Shown: positions 34,947-48,500 of the stretch, piece after piece
Layout of the letters: each line of letters starts with the position of its first letter
Numbering within the stretch: the stretch's first letter is position 1
Source of the DNA: Balanoglossus misakiensis
Lineage: Eukaryota; Animalia; Hemichordata
Length of the DNA: 64,000 bases
Reading direction: 5' to 3'
NCBI GenBank assembly: GCA_040954595.2
Contig: CM082592.2
Location: 3,240,735-3,304,734 of the forward strand
The notes under the pieces: generated by a model
Databases searched by the model: none
What the model was told of the DNA's origin: nothing
Seen by the model: the letters and a program-made list of their open reading frames with translations, nothing else
Position numbers and translations under genes: made by a program

Positions 34947-37900
34947 ATATTGATACAAGAGGATGCCTAAGGTGAAGAATAAACCAAGTCATGCAGATTA
35001 TTGATAAGCAGAATTGCAATGTGCATGTACCTGTACAAAGCTAGCTAGTGTACACTATATCTGGACAAAATGACTACATTATGAATTCAATGTAGCTTAC
35101 CATGCCTTGGCATAAAAAAGCGATGTAATTCTGAAACATCGATCATGCCTAAATCAGTGATCGAGATTGTGAAACACACTGTATACATGTAAATTTATAA
35201 AATTTATAATTCAACTCAGCGAGGCTAGCGTACAATAACCAATGTGGACATGCTGTGTTGGTCCTAGTAGGAAGAGGGGTTGAGGGCTGACCTGGAGTCT
35301 AAGCCGACGCAATTAATTCCCATGTTTGGCCACATTACGTCGGCCAAGTTGACACCTTCACATATTCACAAGCTGTAAGGCAGCATGTTAAGTGGCAGTT
35401 CGTGGGTAACTGGTGTACGTACGGTGGACACAAAATCTGAGTTGACCCAAAATTCAGATACCAGTAACTGCGGACGCGCCGGCCCAAATCTATTCTTCAA
35501 AGGACAGTTACTTTATGTTGTCCTAAATTTCATACAGATTGACGAATGTGAACAACTTTATAATCCTGGGGAAGACAGAATTTCAAGCTCTGAGCATAAT
35601 AAACAAGTAGTACATGTATTTGAATTGTCGTGATATGTGAACTAGGGGAAAATATGAGGTTAGTTTTGACACAATGGGCCAATTACACCAGACAATTCCA
35701 AATGGCTAGATTCCTTTACCATGAATGCAAATTTATATCAATTAGCCTAACTCAGTTATGTTTACATTCCAATAATATCATGCCAGTGTATGTAAGCGAA
35801 ATGTAAGCTGTAGAAAAACATTTTGGTTAAGGAGAATATGGAATTTTGGATAAGTTATATACCAGAGTAGCTTTTGCTATGTAGTTTTCAGAATCACGAT
35901 ACAGTCAATGTGATATCTTTGTATAGTGAACAATGCTGGCCATGCATGTGTTTTTTACCAGAATAATCTTTATAATATTTTAATCCTGTTTATATGCATT
36001 TAAAGCTTGGTACACTAGCCAACTGCTATAGTCATGCCATTCAACATGTTTTTGGCAGAGCTGTAAATTATGTGTGTAATTTGGGTAATGAAAAAAGATT
36101 CAAAGGTTGTCAGTTTTATTTTCCCATGCCATATTTAAGTGTGGCAGGGAGGATATTCGTATAACCATAGTCTACATTTAAGGGGCAAAACATTAGAATG
36201 CTTGGGGGGATTCGGGTATGGCTGCAATTTTTTGTTGTTCAGCCACTGATACAACTAATTTTATTTTATTATATTGCCAGTCTTGCAAATTACCGATATT
36301 GAAAGCATTGTAGAAGAGACATCTTTCCCCCATGCCATTTGCCAACAAATTTTCTATTCGGAAAACCTCCTATCTACCTGAATTGTTTTTCCCCTGATCT
36401 GTCCTAAGGAATGGTACTCTCTCTGTCTGTCCGTCAACAGTAAAGACTTGAAAATTGGAGTGCGTATCACAGTGGAACTTGGTTTGTAGATGGGATATGT
36501 GCTGAAGATGTGAGATCGTTCAAACTAAGTTGTATTAGCTTCAAGAAATAAAATAAAGTGATGTGAAATTTCAAAAGGTGTCAATTGCTGCAGACTCCCC
36601 AAATGACAGAAAGCTTTAGGGTAAAATTAACATGTTTTGTGAATAAATTATGGTGGGAGGGGGGAGGGGGGCAAAGATTTATTCATAAGAAAGGGAAGAG
36701 CTGTGGTATATTTGTATGGACCATTTGATTGTGCTCATGTTGGTGGTATTTTTTTTAATCAGTTAATGAAAAGGTACACAAGCTGATGGATGTTTGCACT
36801 TGCTATGGTGGTATACATGACATTATTTTCAATAGCAAAAAGACTCAACTGTATGTGTATTTTCCCTAATCACAGTAGGATTTGTAAAATTCCTTCTATG
36901 TATCTTAAAGGGGTGAATTAAATAAGATGTTGTTTAAAATAAGATACTTTGGTATACCGGTACTTCATTTTCGCTGAGTGCAAAAATTTTGAATATTACT
37001 GAGATTTTATTTTCACTCTTTCTTGTCGACTTATGTGCAAAGAATATGAAGTAAGAAGGATATTATTTTAGCAGAAAAATGAGTCCAGCAAAAACAAAGT
37101 CGTAATGACAATGAAATGTTTACAGTACTTTGGATTTGTCAAAATTGATCACTTTAAAGATGCTGATGACATCAAGCAAAGGGCAAGATATTTTTTTTAC
37201 ATCTCAGCAAAATATCTTAATGGGAATTTTATGCAAGTGTATGTGGGGTGACCATGGTTTAATGTTGCCATAAATGTGTTCTTTTTAAAGCATATTGTTA
37301 CCAGTTGTCTTGGGGACCACTCTGGAGAAATTAATCTGCAGGTGTTATACCGGTAATTGACCATTTGTCTCATCTAAGATCGGACAGTAAATGCAGTGTA
37401 CAGGCACTTGCAGAACTTTATCAAAAACGCTATATAAACTTGAATCTGTTGAAGTCTTGTATTTGACAGCTCTTAATTCAGCTCATGTACACTGCACTTT
37501 AATAATGAAAAGCAATAAATTAATTGCTATTATAAGAAATGTCCTCTTTTCTTTTCTTGGGATCTTAATATATTATACCGATGTGACATGCTTGACTCAG
37601 ACATAACATACTTTTGTCCCATAGTATTTTCCTGCTGTCACTTGACATTCGAAAATAGAAGTGTGTACAAAAGCTGATTGATATCCAATCAGTCGCTCTT
37701 GAGATATCGTGCTAACAGTCAGACATACATACAGAAGAGGCGATGACATAACCTCGCCACCACACTATAATTTTTTTTCAAAGACTTTTATTAAAAATAA
37801 AGCATTTGTAGCAGCTCCAGAGACTACTGAATTTTTTCCAAATCCATTTTTCAATTCCTTCTGCAGAGACGTTTTTCCCCCAGCATTTGGCCAGAAACGA

Positions 37901-37983
37901 TTGTTTTTTTCCTCTCTCGAAAATCCTCCACTCCCCCGCCCGAAATCAAATGGGCTGCCCCTAACGAGATAAAACATGCATCG

Positions 37984-37997
37984 GTGGACATGGCAAC
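37984..37997 (+). promoter_or_regulatory. Candidate RFX X-box upstream of the WD40 gene
   Basis: GTGGACATGGCAAC has one mismatch to GTNRCC-N(0-3)-RGYAAC and lies in a CpG-richer patch ~1.5 kb upstream of the first coding exon. Confidence 0.4.
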
Positions 37998-39530
37998 AAG
38001 TGGTGATTTAACAGTCTGGCAGCGCGGCGCGGCCAGTGACATTGTTGTTGTCGATATGGGGTCAAAATTTGCATAATAATGGACCCTTGACACTTGCCAG
38101 CGCAGCAACAAGTGTGTATCGTGTATACAATTTCTGGTGAGTTATTTCACGGTCACTCCACCACTGGAGTGACCGTGGTTTCTTCCACAATGTTTAATAA
38201 CATTGAGCAGATCCTATGTGTATCATTACCTAGTCGCAGAAATTCAGAATTTCTGAAAATCGGCGTTCATATCATGATGTCGACAGCATAGCGTCCGTTG
38301 TTGTGGTTATAGCACTGAGTAACTTTACAGTCGTGTGATTCCCTAGGGTCATTCATGATTCAGTAATGTCACGCAGAAATGCCATGATTACACCGTCACT
38401 AATATCAGTGAACAGCCAGTCATCATATGTGCTGGCTGACCATTCTTCTCCGTTACAAGCAATCGTTGCAACAGATTTTAGGCCTTGTCGGGGATAACGG
38501 TCGAAGGCCTGGCCATTAAAATATTTATGGCGCTCAACGTCAACATGTTTGAGTCGTTTCTTTTTTTGCTAGGAGTCGTTTCCACGGGCTGTTTCGGCCT
38601 ATAATTTTCATGACCCCGGTTGCTTCGGCCCGAGTACCATAATATCATTTAAAGGTTTCTGTACTTTATATCACTCTTCCCCAAGGCTGTCATACGCTAG
38701 AGCAAATTATAAATCGCAAGGTTCACACTGCCGTCCCGTGTCATCACTACATGTACATGTATGATGTACTCTGAATTTCCCGAAAGATTTTTGTGTCATC
38801 AGCAACCCCTCCCCCATGAAATTCTGTACATCCTATACCCCTCACCGTTTTGTAATCACTGCCTTAAAAGTCTGAACCATTTGGAGTTAGTGAAATATGA
38901 AATTATTAAAGAATACAGAATGTAGAAAGTTTATAATTTCCCATCCATCACTATACTTTAGTATACCACAGCCCCTGTTGTGAATGAGAGTGGATAGAAT
39001 GCTGAAGCAACAAGATTTGTTGCTTCAGCATTCTATCCACTATATAGTGAAGCAACAAGTTGAAGATTGGCAGGCATAGAGGTCCAGCATGCATAGGATT
39101 TAGGAGTGAGTTGACATGACTTACTGTACTACAACAAGTTAGTGCAGTAGGCATAAAGTGTACACTCCTTCGAGTTACCCATCATGATCTTTTGAACAGC
39201 GCCATCCAGTGGTCAAAGCTGCAAATGTGCTATTTTAGGAGTAATATTTTTACTGCGATTCACTCACTAATAGTTACACTTAAATTTTTTTTCATTTCTT
39301 TCGTTTGACAGGATTGTGACGAAGTCTTCCAGAAAGCATCACTTTTTTTCCAATCATTATTACACTTGTTGATTTTTGATGGGAACCAATATTGATGTAA
39401 ACCAACATTCCTAGGTCACCGCTAACCGATATATGGAACAAAGAAGGCAAAAATCAGAACGAACTGGACGAAGTGCCAAGACTCCCTTGCGTTCTGTCAT
39501 TGGATCTGTTTAATGTTATGAACAACAAAT

Positions 39531-42500
39531 ATGGATATGGAAAACAAAATCACTGATTGTTGTGTAAATAATGATGGAGTGGGTACGAAGAATACTACAG
39601 TTGAAAATCCTGACCTGCCACTTCCTGCGGACGAAAAGACAGAAAATAGATCAGAGAAGCTGGATTGTTATGAAGTAAATGAAGAGGAAAATGATTCCAA
39701 AACCAATGATGGCCATGATAGAAATGAAGAAGAAAAGCTTCAAAAAAGACCTACAAAAGATTTAATAGATACAAGTGAAACACAGGATGAACCTCCCACT
39801 GAGGCCAGACTACTGGAAAAAGATGCAGAGAAAAACTTAGATTTTAACCAAATAGTTTATGGATTTCAACCAAGGGGGTACTATGAACATAATAAAATGT
39901 TAACAGATTTAGTGGATGGTAAGTGGTACGAGTATCCTTGATGGATAACTTGTTTTTTTGTTTATAGGTAATTCTTTATTTACTGTACATACTTTGGTGA
40001 GCATAGTGCACAAAACAACTTAAAAGTCACTTGCCAAGTGCCGGAATTCAACGATACCCCACCATAGACTCGTTTTATAAGTCTAGCGCCCTCTTGCAGC
40101 TATCACAAATTGAATTCAAAGCGAGGCCAATAGGGAAGAGCTGACCAATCACATCAAGGATGTTTCCCCATCGCTTTGAGTTCAAATCCATGATGGCTGC
40201 AGGAGGGCGCTAGATTTATGAAAAGGGTGTACTGTATTCAACATAGTCAGAACCAGAGTAATATTTGTTTAAATATATCAATACACCTGAACTGTCATTA
40301 ACTCTGTGTTCCGCATAGAAATATAGATATTTAATAATCATCAGGTTCAGACTGGAATGTAACAAGAAGAACAAGTCAATCTTCACACGAAAAGGGAATC
40401 GGATAGTTTCGATTTCTTGGCTAATTCTACGTAGAGTGCAAAATATACTGATATCACCTGAAGTATCATCTGATGTAAAATCATTAGCTCAAGTCATATC
40501 GAAATGCTATTATGAAGCCATGGATTTTCTGTAACAAGTACTTTCCTATCAGTCAACCCAAAATAAACAGAAAATTATCTACTTGAGAGAAAAATAAAAT
40601 ACATGTATAAATATTTAAAGGGACAGAGTCTCCCTTTTTCATGTCAATATCAATAAGTAACTCACTTGAATGTACCTTTTCTGATTAAAGAGAAGTAATT
40701 AACCTTGATGCTTTTTTTTTATTTCTTGTGCAGTGACATATAATCCAAGGACTAGGGAGTTTATCTTTCTGGATACTAGAGGCATTTGTACATGGAATAA
40801 AGATGGACTTGAGAATACTGGTAAGGTCACTGTCACATTTTACATATTTTTTTATTCTGTGTGTCTTGACATAATTAAATTCTCTTGACATTGTTATTTC
40901 TCTTATTAATTTCTTTTTGTTTGGGGTTCTTTTGGCAGTCAGCAGACCTATGAGTTTTCCCAAGTACCAAAACAGACTTCTCAGAAAAGTTATCTATGCC
41001 AGAAAATACAATGTCTACTTTTGTCTGGGAAAGGACTTCTCACTCAGGGTAAGTTTCAGTAGCTAAGGGACTGTTCAGAATTTACTTCCAGGGTGGGGCT
41101 GGAGGATTATTTTTATTTTCCTAGTGATTTGTTTCCATGGTCCTCCCCCTAGTAAATTGTGGAGGAAATCTGTGGTCCCCCCCCCCCCCCCCCGATCCTC
41201 CGGCCCACCCTGGAAGTAAATTCTGAACAGTGCCTAACATAATTACTCTTGTGTCAGCGAGTGATTAAAGGGACAAAGTCGCTCTATTTGAACTTTTTGT
41301 TACATCATTTCTTGACGCTATCTTTAGTGTTTCAGGCAATTTTATGTTTATCACATGAACTGTAGTGCGAAAAAGGTAACTGTTCAGTAGCATTTCTGCT
41401 AGGTTCTACAGATAAAAATGTCTTTCAGCCTTTTCTTTGATGATGTCTTAATATTAATATTCAATAATTGTTTACAGCATTATTTACCTTTCTGTGGAAT
41501 TTTCAGGTCTTAAACAGGAACTTTGATGAAACCTGCTCCGTCAGTTCCGGTCTAAGTTCTGTCATGTTTTTACTTTTCAATCCTGTAAGAGATGAACTGA
41601 TTACTGGAGGAGTGAAAGGAACAAAGGTCGGTAAACGAACCTTACCATCTCTTACCTTGTGTTTGTGTGCTTGCATCTGTGTGTGTGTTATGTTGTTTTT
41701 GTCATTTGGGGTCAGAAATATTAAACTAGTGGTCAGACCCATTTGCTGATTTGGATATGGTCAGTCTTTCATGAATGTGTAACAAGACAGTTATTAGCAA
41801 CATCTTCATGATCAGAAAGCCAAAAACCCTTAACTATGCATGCCTATTATTATTTTTGATTAACCATCTTACATTAATTGCTTTGTTCTCAATTTCTCTC
41901 AGATTTGGGAATTTCGACAGGTGGCTGATAGAGTCTGGAGGGAGATCAAGCCCATGGCAAATTATGCTCTGTTTCTCAAGTAAGATTTGTTTTATGAATG
42001 TTAAAGCCTCCAGGGCTGCCACTTTTTGCATTATTTTCATGATTTTATTTTCCAACTTAGATTGGTACTTCGAAATAAGCTTACTGATCAATAGGTATAC
42101 ATGAACATCTCGTCGACGCCTGACAGTTTTTGATTTTTGCAGGTTATTGCTATGTGTCAAAGAAACATGATCGATTGAGGTGGGGGTTTTTCCCTCGGTA
42201 AACCGTTGCCTTTATTATTCTATGTTTTTTTTTTATCAACAGGAAAGAACTGACTGATGTTGGAGGTAGTTGGGTCAAGAAGGTTGAATTAGACCAGCAT
42301 TTACAGCATCTGTATTGCTGTTCAGAGACTAATGTACATTGCTATGATATGGAAGGCAGACTACTCTTTAAGCTGGAAAAGTGAGTTTAATTTGCCCTTT
42401 TTTCCATTAATTTTGTTTAAAACAATACACCGTTTGTGTTATTTTACATGTGGATATACAGTGAATCAATGTTTGACCACACACAACTTCCATCCTGTTT

Positions 42501-45500
42501 GTAGACACTAGAGTAAAAACTTGCCAAAATGTTCTGTCCAAACCCATTGTTTTCTATGGTAAAGGTTGGACCTCTAAAGAGGGTTGGGGGTGAAAGGGTT
42601 AAACCTGCTGTATACATGTAGCGGTTGGTTATCGATATGTTAAACGGACACTTAGTACCGGTAAGTACATTTTACATATTGTTTTATTAACAGTGCTCAT
42701 AGAATGACCATAACAGGATGTAGATTTTCACCAAAGACACGGGTACTGATCACATCATCAGCTGATACAGATGGTAAGTAGAGGGAATTCTCTTGCAGAT
42801 TTTGTATACTCATGGTATTAGTCCTGAAAATAAGTCCTGGAGTAAGAAAAAAAAAAGAACAAGTCATGATGCGCATTTTTGTTTGCGCCATGTACATCGA
42901 CACTTAACAAAAAAATGTGTTGCCCTTACAGTATACCCTCTTTAGCTTCTACGAATATATTATAAACAAATTCTGAGCTATTCAGAAGTTTTTTTCTGAG
43001 ACAGGTTCACAGGATTAAGATTCAAACCTACCCATAACATGTGATCCTCAAGTAAATACTGTAAAATTATAATTTTCGTGACAGGAAATTTGTGCGATAT
43101 TGAAAGTGGCAACTGTTACACGACAATCAATTTTTGAGTTCTCGTATTTCACTGCATTGTTATCTTTGAAAAACATTTTTACGTGACTTTTCATTTTCGA
43201 GTTATTTTGGCTCTCGCATAGTCCATGAAAATTTATCATTCGCAAAAATTACAGTACTCCGTGCTTTAGACGTAATTAAAAGCGTACAATGTATATAGGA
43301 TTATTTAAAACTTAAATTTTTTAATCCAGTTGCAGCTCATGTGCCTTTAATCATCCAATTTTGATATATTTTTTTCTAGTAAAGATATGGAGTCTGACTG
43401 GTGGTTTAGTGACAACATTCCGTGGCCATGCAAAACCTATCACCAATCTATTACTTCATCCCGAGAGTTCCTCGCTTGTGTTAACCTGTTCTATGGATGG
43501 TACAGTTCGACTCTGGTCACTAGACATTATGGACTGCCTATATGTGTGAGTATCAAACGTGTTGTAAACTAATGTCATATTACCCCTAACTAGAGCAAAC
43601 AAAGGTTATGCATATTGTGGGGTTCATACAGGGACCATTAAGATGGTTCTGAAGCGTCTCAGATTAGAAACCGTCTTAAAAAAACATGTGTGGACGGTGT
43701 AAGTGGTCCTGAAACGTCTCAGATTTGAGACGGCTTTGCCGGCCAGACCTGAGTCTGTTTAAGGATTTAAACACCTCTCCGCATCCCATTGTCTATGGGG
43801 GCCGAGCCCCAGCGCCTATACATAAACTTTGTGTGTGTGGACACAACGCGACTCAAAGGATTAATTTAATGCTCTGTGTTTACCATTTGCAAAAAGTGTC
43901 TCTAAAACGTTCCGAATTTTACCCTGTGTGTGAACCTGGTATATGTCCTTGTTTCTGACATTATGAACAGCTTATATTAATCTTTATGGGCCTGGTAATC
44001 ATTTTTTGTCACTTATGTCACACCAGCTGAGTGTGGCTGCAAGAGAAAAAAAATCATGATCTGAAAGATCTGATTTGACAGTTTTATATCTGTGTACAAC
44101 AATAGAATTACAGTGAATTTCCCATCTAAACTGAATTCATTCTATGGTAGGATTCAAGTGGCCACAGATGGAGTGGAATGGATGGGATTAACTGGCGAGC
44201 GATTACTGTGGACATCAACGCGAAGAAATCTCACCGTGTGGTCGCTCAACACCGTGACTTCATTCTGGGCTCTGGCAAGATGTAAAGTGAAACAACTCAA
44301 AGTTGTGCACGGGGAAAACAAGACCAGCAGAGTTATGGCTGTTGGTGATGATAGCAGGTAAGGGAAATTGATTCCCGGAGTATGTGCTTGTCATGTTTTT
44401 AGATCTGAAGAGTTTCACTTTCTCTGAAAAAAAATCAGATAAAGATGGTCTTCACCTGGCTTTTTCCAGATGCTTTCCCTGAAATGGAACTCTCAGAGGT
44501 TGTAAAGTATGCGTATTTGACTTGACACCAGGAAATTTTTGCGATATCAAAAGCGATAACTGTAATTTTCTGTGTTCGCGTATTTCACTGCATCGTTATC
44601 TCAGAAAAACATTTTTTTGCGACTTTTTCTTTTTTCTTTTTTGTGGCTCTCACGTAGTTCGCGAAAATATCCCATTTTACAGTACTTTCTAGTTACTTTG
44701 CTACAATGTAACATAATCCTATTTATATGTTTTCTTTGCAGTGTAAGGTTTATATCAAAGAAAGAGAGGAAAAACCTATCCACTGTATTACCACCACCAC
44801 CCATCTCACCATTGAAACAACTTCTTAGTGTTACATACAGTAGAGAACACAGCAGTGTGTTTATACTCATTAACCAGTATGAAGTTTGGGTGTATACAAC
44901 AAAGTAAGTTCAGACACTTTCAAAAACTACAATTTTCAGCACATAAAAACTCCCATTTTGAGATTAAATTACAGCTTGTATGGACCAGTCTCCTATGCTG
45001 TAAAGTACACGTATGATGGCGACAAAGAATAAAAAAAATGTTTCTCTGCTACATATCCAAAATTTTTCTGTAATAACCAACGCCGCTTGTATGGGATTTT
45101 GATGCTTTTCGATGGAATACACTGTATCATTAAACACATGCGCAGGTCTTTCCACCATATGATGTCCGCTTTTGGTTTTTGCTATGTTGCTGGAAATGTG
45201 AGAAGCCTCTTCCCAGAACCCAGTCTTATTCATGTACATAGTAGTCTATTGTACACCAAAATCATGTCAAAAGACAGCACATTTGTTGCTAAGATTTCAG
45301 CAGTGAGTTTATTTAGAATGTCCAAGACTCATTTTGAAAGAACGGTAATTATTACAATCATGGTTATTTTATACTTAACAGGACAGATCCAGCAACTCGA
45401 ACTGCTGTGTGGAACTTGTATAAACTTCAACAGATGTTTCAACAGAAAGACAAAAAGACTGAGGAAGACACAGAAAGTTCTGGAAATCCAGTGTAAGTTT

Positions 45501-48500
45501 CTGATGCAAATTGCCACACAAGTTCAAGAAATACATTTATTGTGTGAAATTATATTTTCCCCCGTCCTCTTAGGAAGAACCATTATCTTTTGAAATTGTA
45601 ACATTTGCTTAAGACATTGGTTGCATGCTGCCACTTTTTCTTTTTACATTAAACATTGAACAACTGATCACCTCCACAGTTTACGTCCATCATCTGGCAA
45701 GAGTGGTGGCATGTTATTTGGGCATGGACCTACCCAAACACATCGTGCTACTGCTGGCGGTGTTGGAATTGAAACTATATCTGAGTGTCACACACTGTGT
45801 TCATTGAGTTCTGCGTGTATGTTCTGGACTGAGGAAGGCCACGTCTGCCCAGATACAACAAACTTCTTACTTCTAGGAATGCAGGTAATGTTTTCTGTAT
45901 GTCAGCATGTCTGTCACGTGTCAGTCAGTTCATCCACAGCCGAATTGGACATTCTGGTTGTGTACAAATAAGAATAAATAACACAGGTTAGCAAGGACAA
46001 TATCACAGTTTGTAGACCATGTGGTTCTTCGTGATGATTGAAGTAAGATATAATTTGTACAATTTTGTTGAATGGCATCATCCAAACCCCAAACTTTGCC
46101 TTTATCAAGTGCTGTCACATAATTATATGATAAAGATGGCAAGAAAATCACAGGGCAAATCAGCCATGGCTATGGGATAATTTCCTTGGATCAAACAACC
46201 ATTGAGTTTACAGTGGTCAAGTACAGCATGCCTTTAGTTGTAGTACTAAAGGGTTGTAAGCAGTGTGCCGGAGCACCTGCACACGACTGAATCTTTCAGT
46301 CTAGGTTGAACCATCTATGATTATCCATGCAGCTCAAACAATCATTAGACGTGGTCTGATAATGAGGATTATACTCTTCTGATATTTTTCCGAAGCAATT
46401 TGGAATGTCGGAGCAACGCAAGACAAAACTACGGTAAACACGACAGCGCACATAAAAATCGGTAAAGCATGCAGTGTACAATTGCAACCATGCACTTACT
46501 AATTGTGGCATGTTCAAGCATGGACGACGTCTTCCACAGGTGCAGGCGTTGTTGCATAGCTCTCATCCAGTGCTCTGCATGGGCATGTCCCCCTCCCTTG
46601 CCTCCTGGCAATTGCACGATATGGGATCGATCGACGGCAACTGCGTCTATTGCCGTTTCCATTTCACCAAAATTGAAACTACCCTCAGCTGCTGCCATCT
46701 TGGATCACAATGACTTCTTGGACTGGACTTATTTGTACACATGAAGTTACGCACATACATATGTGTGAGATGATCTATTGCCTTTAATGCAAAGACATAC
46801 TCACAGGAAACACATATATGACAAACAGACAAGATTCTGCTCTAAAATTAACCTTTTCTTTTTATTCAGGATGGTCGCATTTTATTCATGGATCCTGTGA
46901 CGTATGGTGTCAGACATCTTGTGTTGCAAGCAAACAAAGATGCCGTAAGTTATTTTGTATCTCATTCATCAATATTGCCAGTAAATGTGCATTGTATTAA
47001 ACACCTTATCCAAAGGTGTTGCAAATGGGAAAATTTCTCCTCTGTACTCTAATTGGTCTGGGTCACGGATGATGGTTACAGACATAGGACCCCTCAGGTG
47101 AAAATTAGCATATTTGGGTGAAATAATTACCTCACTTTGCTCGATAATTATTTCCCGCCAAATATGCAAATTTCCACCTTTGATGTGTTTTAACAAATTC
47201 AGTGTTATTTTGCTTCAGATCCTTGATATACGTCACAACGAAGAGGACGGTATTTTAATAAGTCAGTGTCATCCAAGAGAAGATACACTATTCCAATGTT
47301 GGCATTTACCAAGTTTGGAACTACTCTATGAAGTTACTACACCTACAACTATTACTGATTTTGCACTCATTGTAAGTAACTTTTACGTTAAAGGTATACA
47401 GTCACCTATGGAAAATTAGCCATAGTTACCATGGCCTTTGAGATCTAGCCAATCACATATTTTCAGTGGGTGGCACACGCGAAAAAAAGAGCGTCACCAT
47501 ATGTTCTTTAGAACGCTCAAATATGCCATTTCAGCTATATATGGGCATACATGTATGATTGGAGGTGACTGTATACCTTTAAGGATGTACGTTTGTCAAA
47601 ATTGAAAGTATTGTCGTGTCTTTTAATTGTTAATTTTTGGATTATCCTGTGTATGTATAATGAAAATCTGATTGCTCTTTATGTAGGAGTAATTTAGGTA
47701 AGGGCAGTGTCTGACCTGCATACTTGGCATCTGATCTTTGTTGCAGGGCAATGTATTTCTGTGCGGTCACTCCACTGGTTCTGTGCAGATTCAAGAGTTA
47801 AAACAGATAGATCCGGCCACGCATGGCAAATTCGGTTACCATAGCAGCATATCAGATGTGTCTGACGTCAGCAGTGATCAGACTAGTGTGTTGGATGGAC
47901 ATGGCGGTGGTAGAGCCAAGAAACAAGAACATCTTGCGCCTGTTGTCTGTGTTCAAGCATGTCATAGGTTGCAGATTTTTCTCACGTGCAGGTTAGTAAC
48001 CAAATGATAATTATATTGGCTTTACTTCCACAACACTGATTTGAAAATCGAAATTAAAAAAAAATCCCTCATAATCTTGTCTTGGTCAAGTCTTTCAAAC
48101 TACTTGTCTGGTTGCTTTTTAACTTTTTAGGGGCATATACAAATATTCTTTCAAATGTTACAGTTAAATTAGAATAATTGTATTTTTGTAGATTGCATAT
48201 CAGTTAACATGGCATTAGGATTGTCAATATTGAATGGTATAAATAATGCATCCTATCTCAGATATCTTATTTCAGAATATCATTTGACTGTTTCATTATT
48301 TAGATTGTTATAATATTCACCTCAATGCTATTCTTCTTTCCAGCTCTGACGGGATGATAAAAATTTGGGACAGCTCCAAAACACTTCAGACAGAAATATT
48401 ACTCGGCGAGTCTTTGACAACTGCAGGTTTTCTGAATCAGACAGGAGATTTACTGGTTGGATTCAGAAGTCATATCTTCTTCATTGACCATTCAAAAGGT

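Noticed and set aside
34950-37800. Short ORFs downstream of JAK
   Set aside because: AT-rich with no splice or domain pattern; most likely a long 3' UTR and intergenic DNA.
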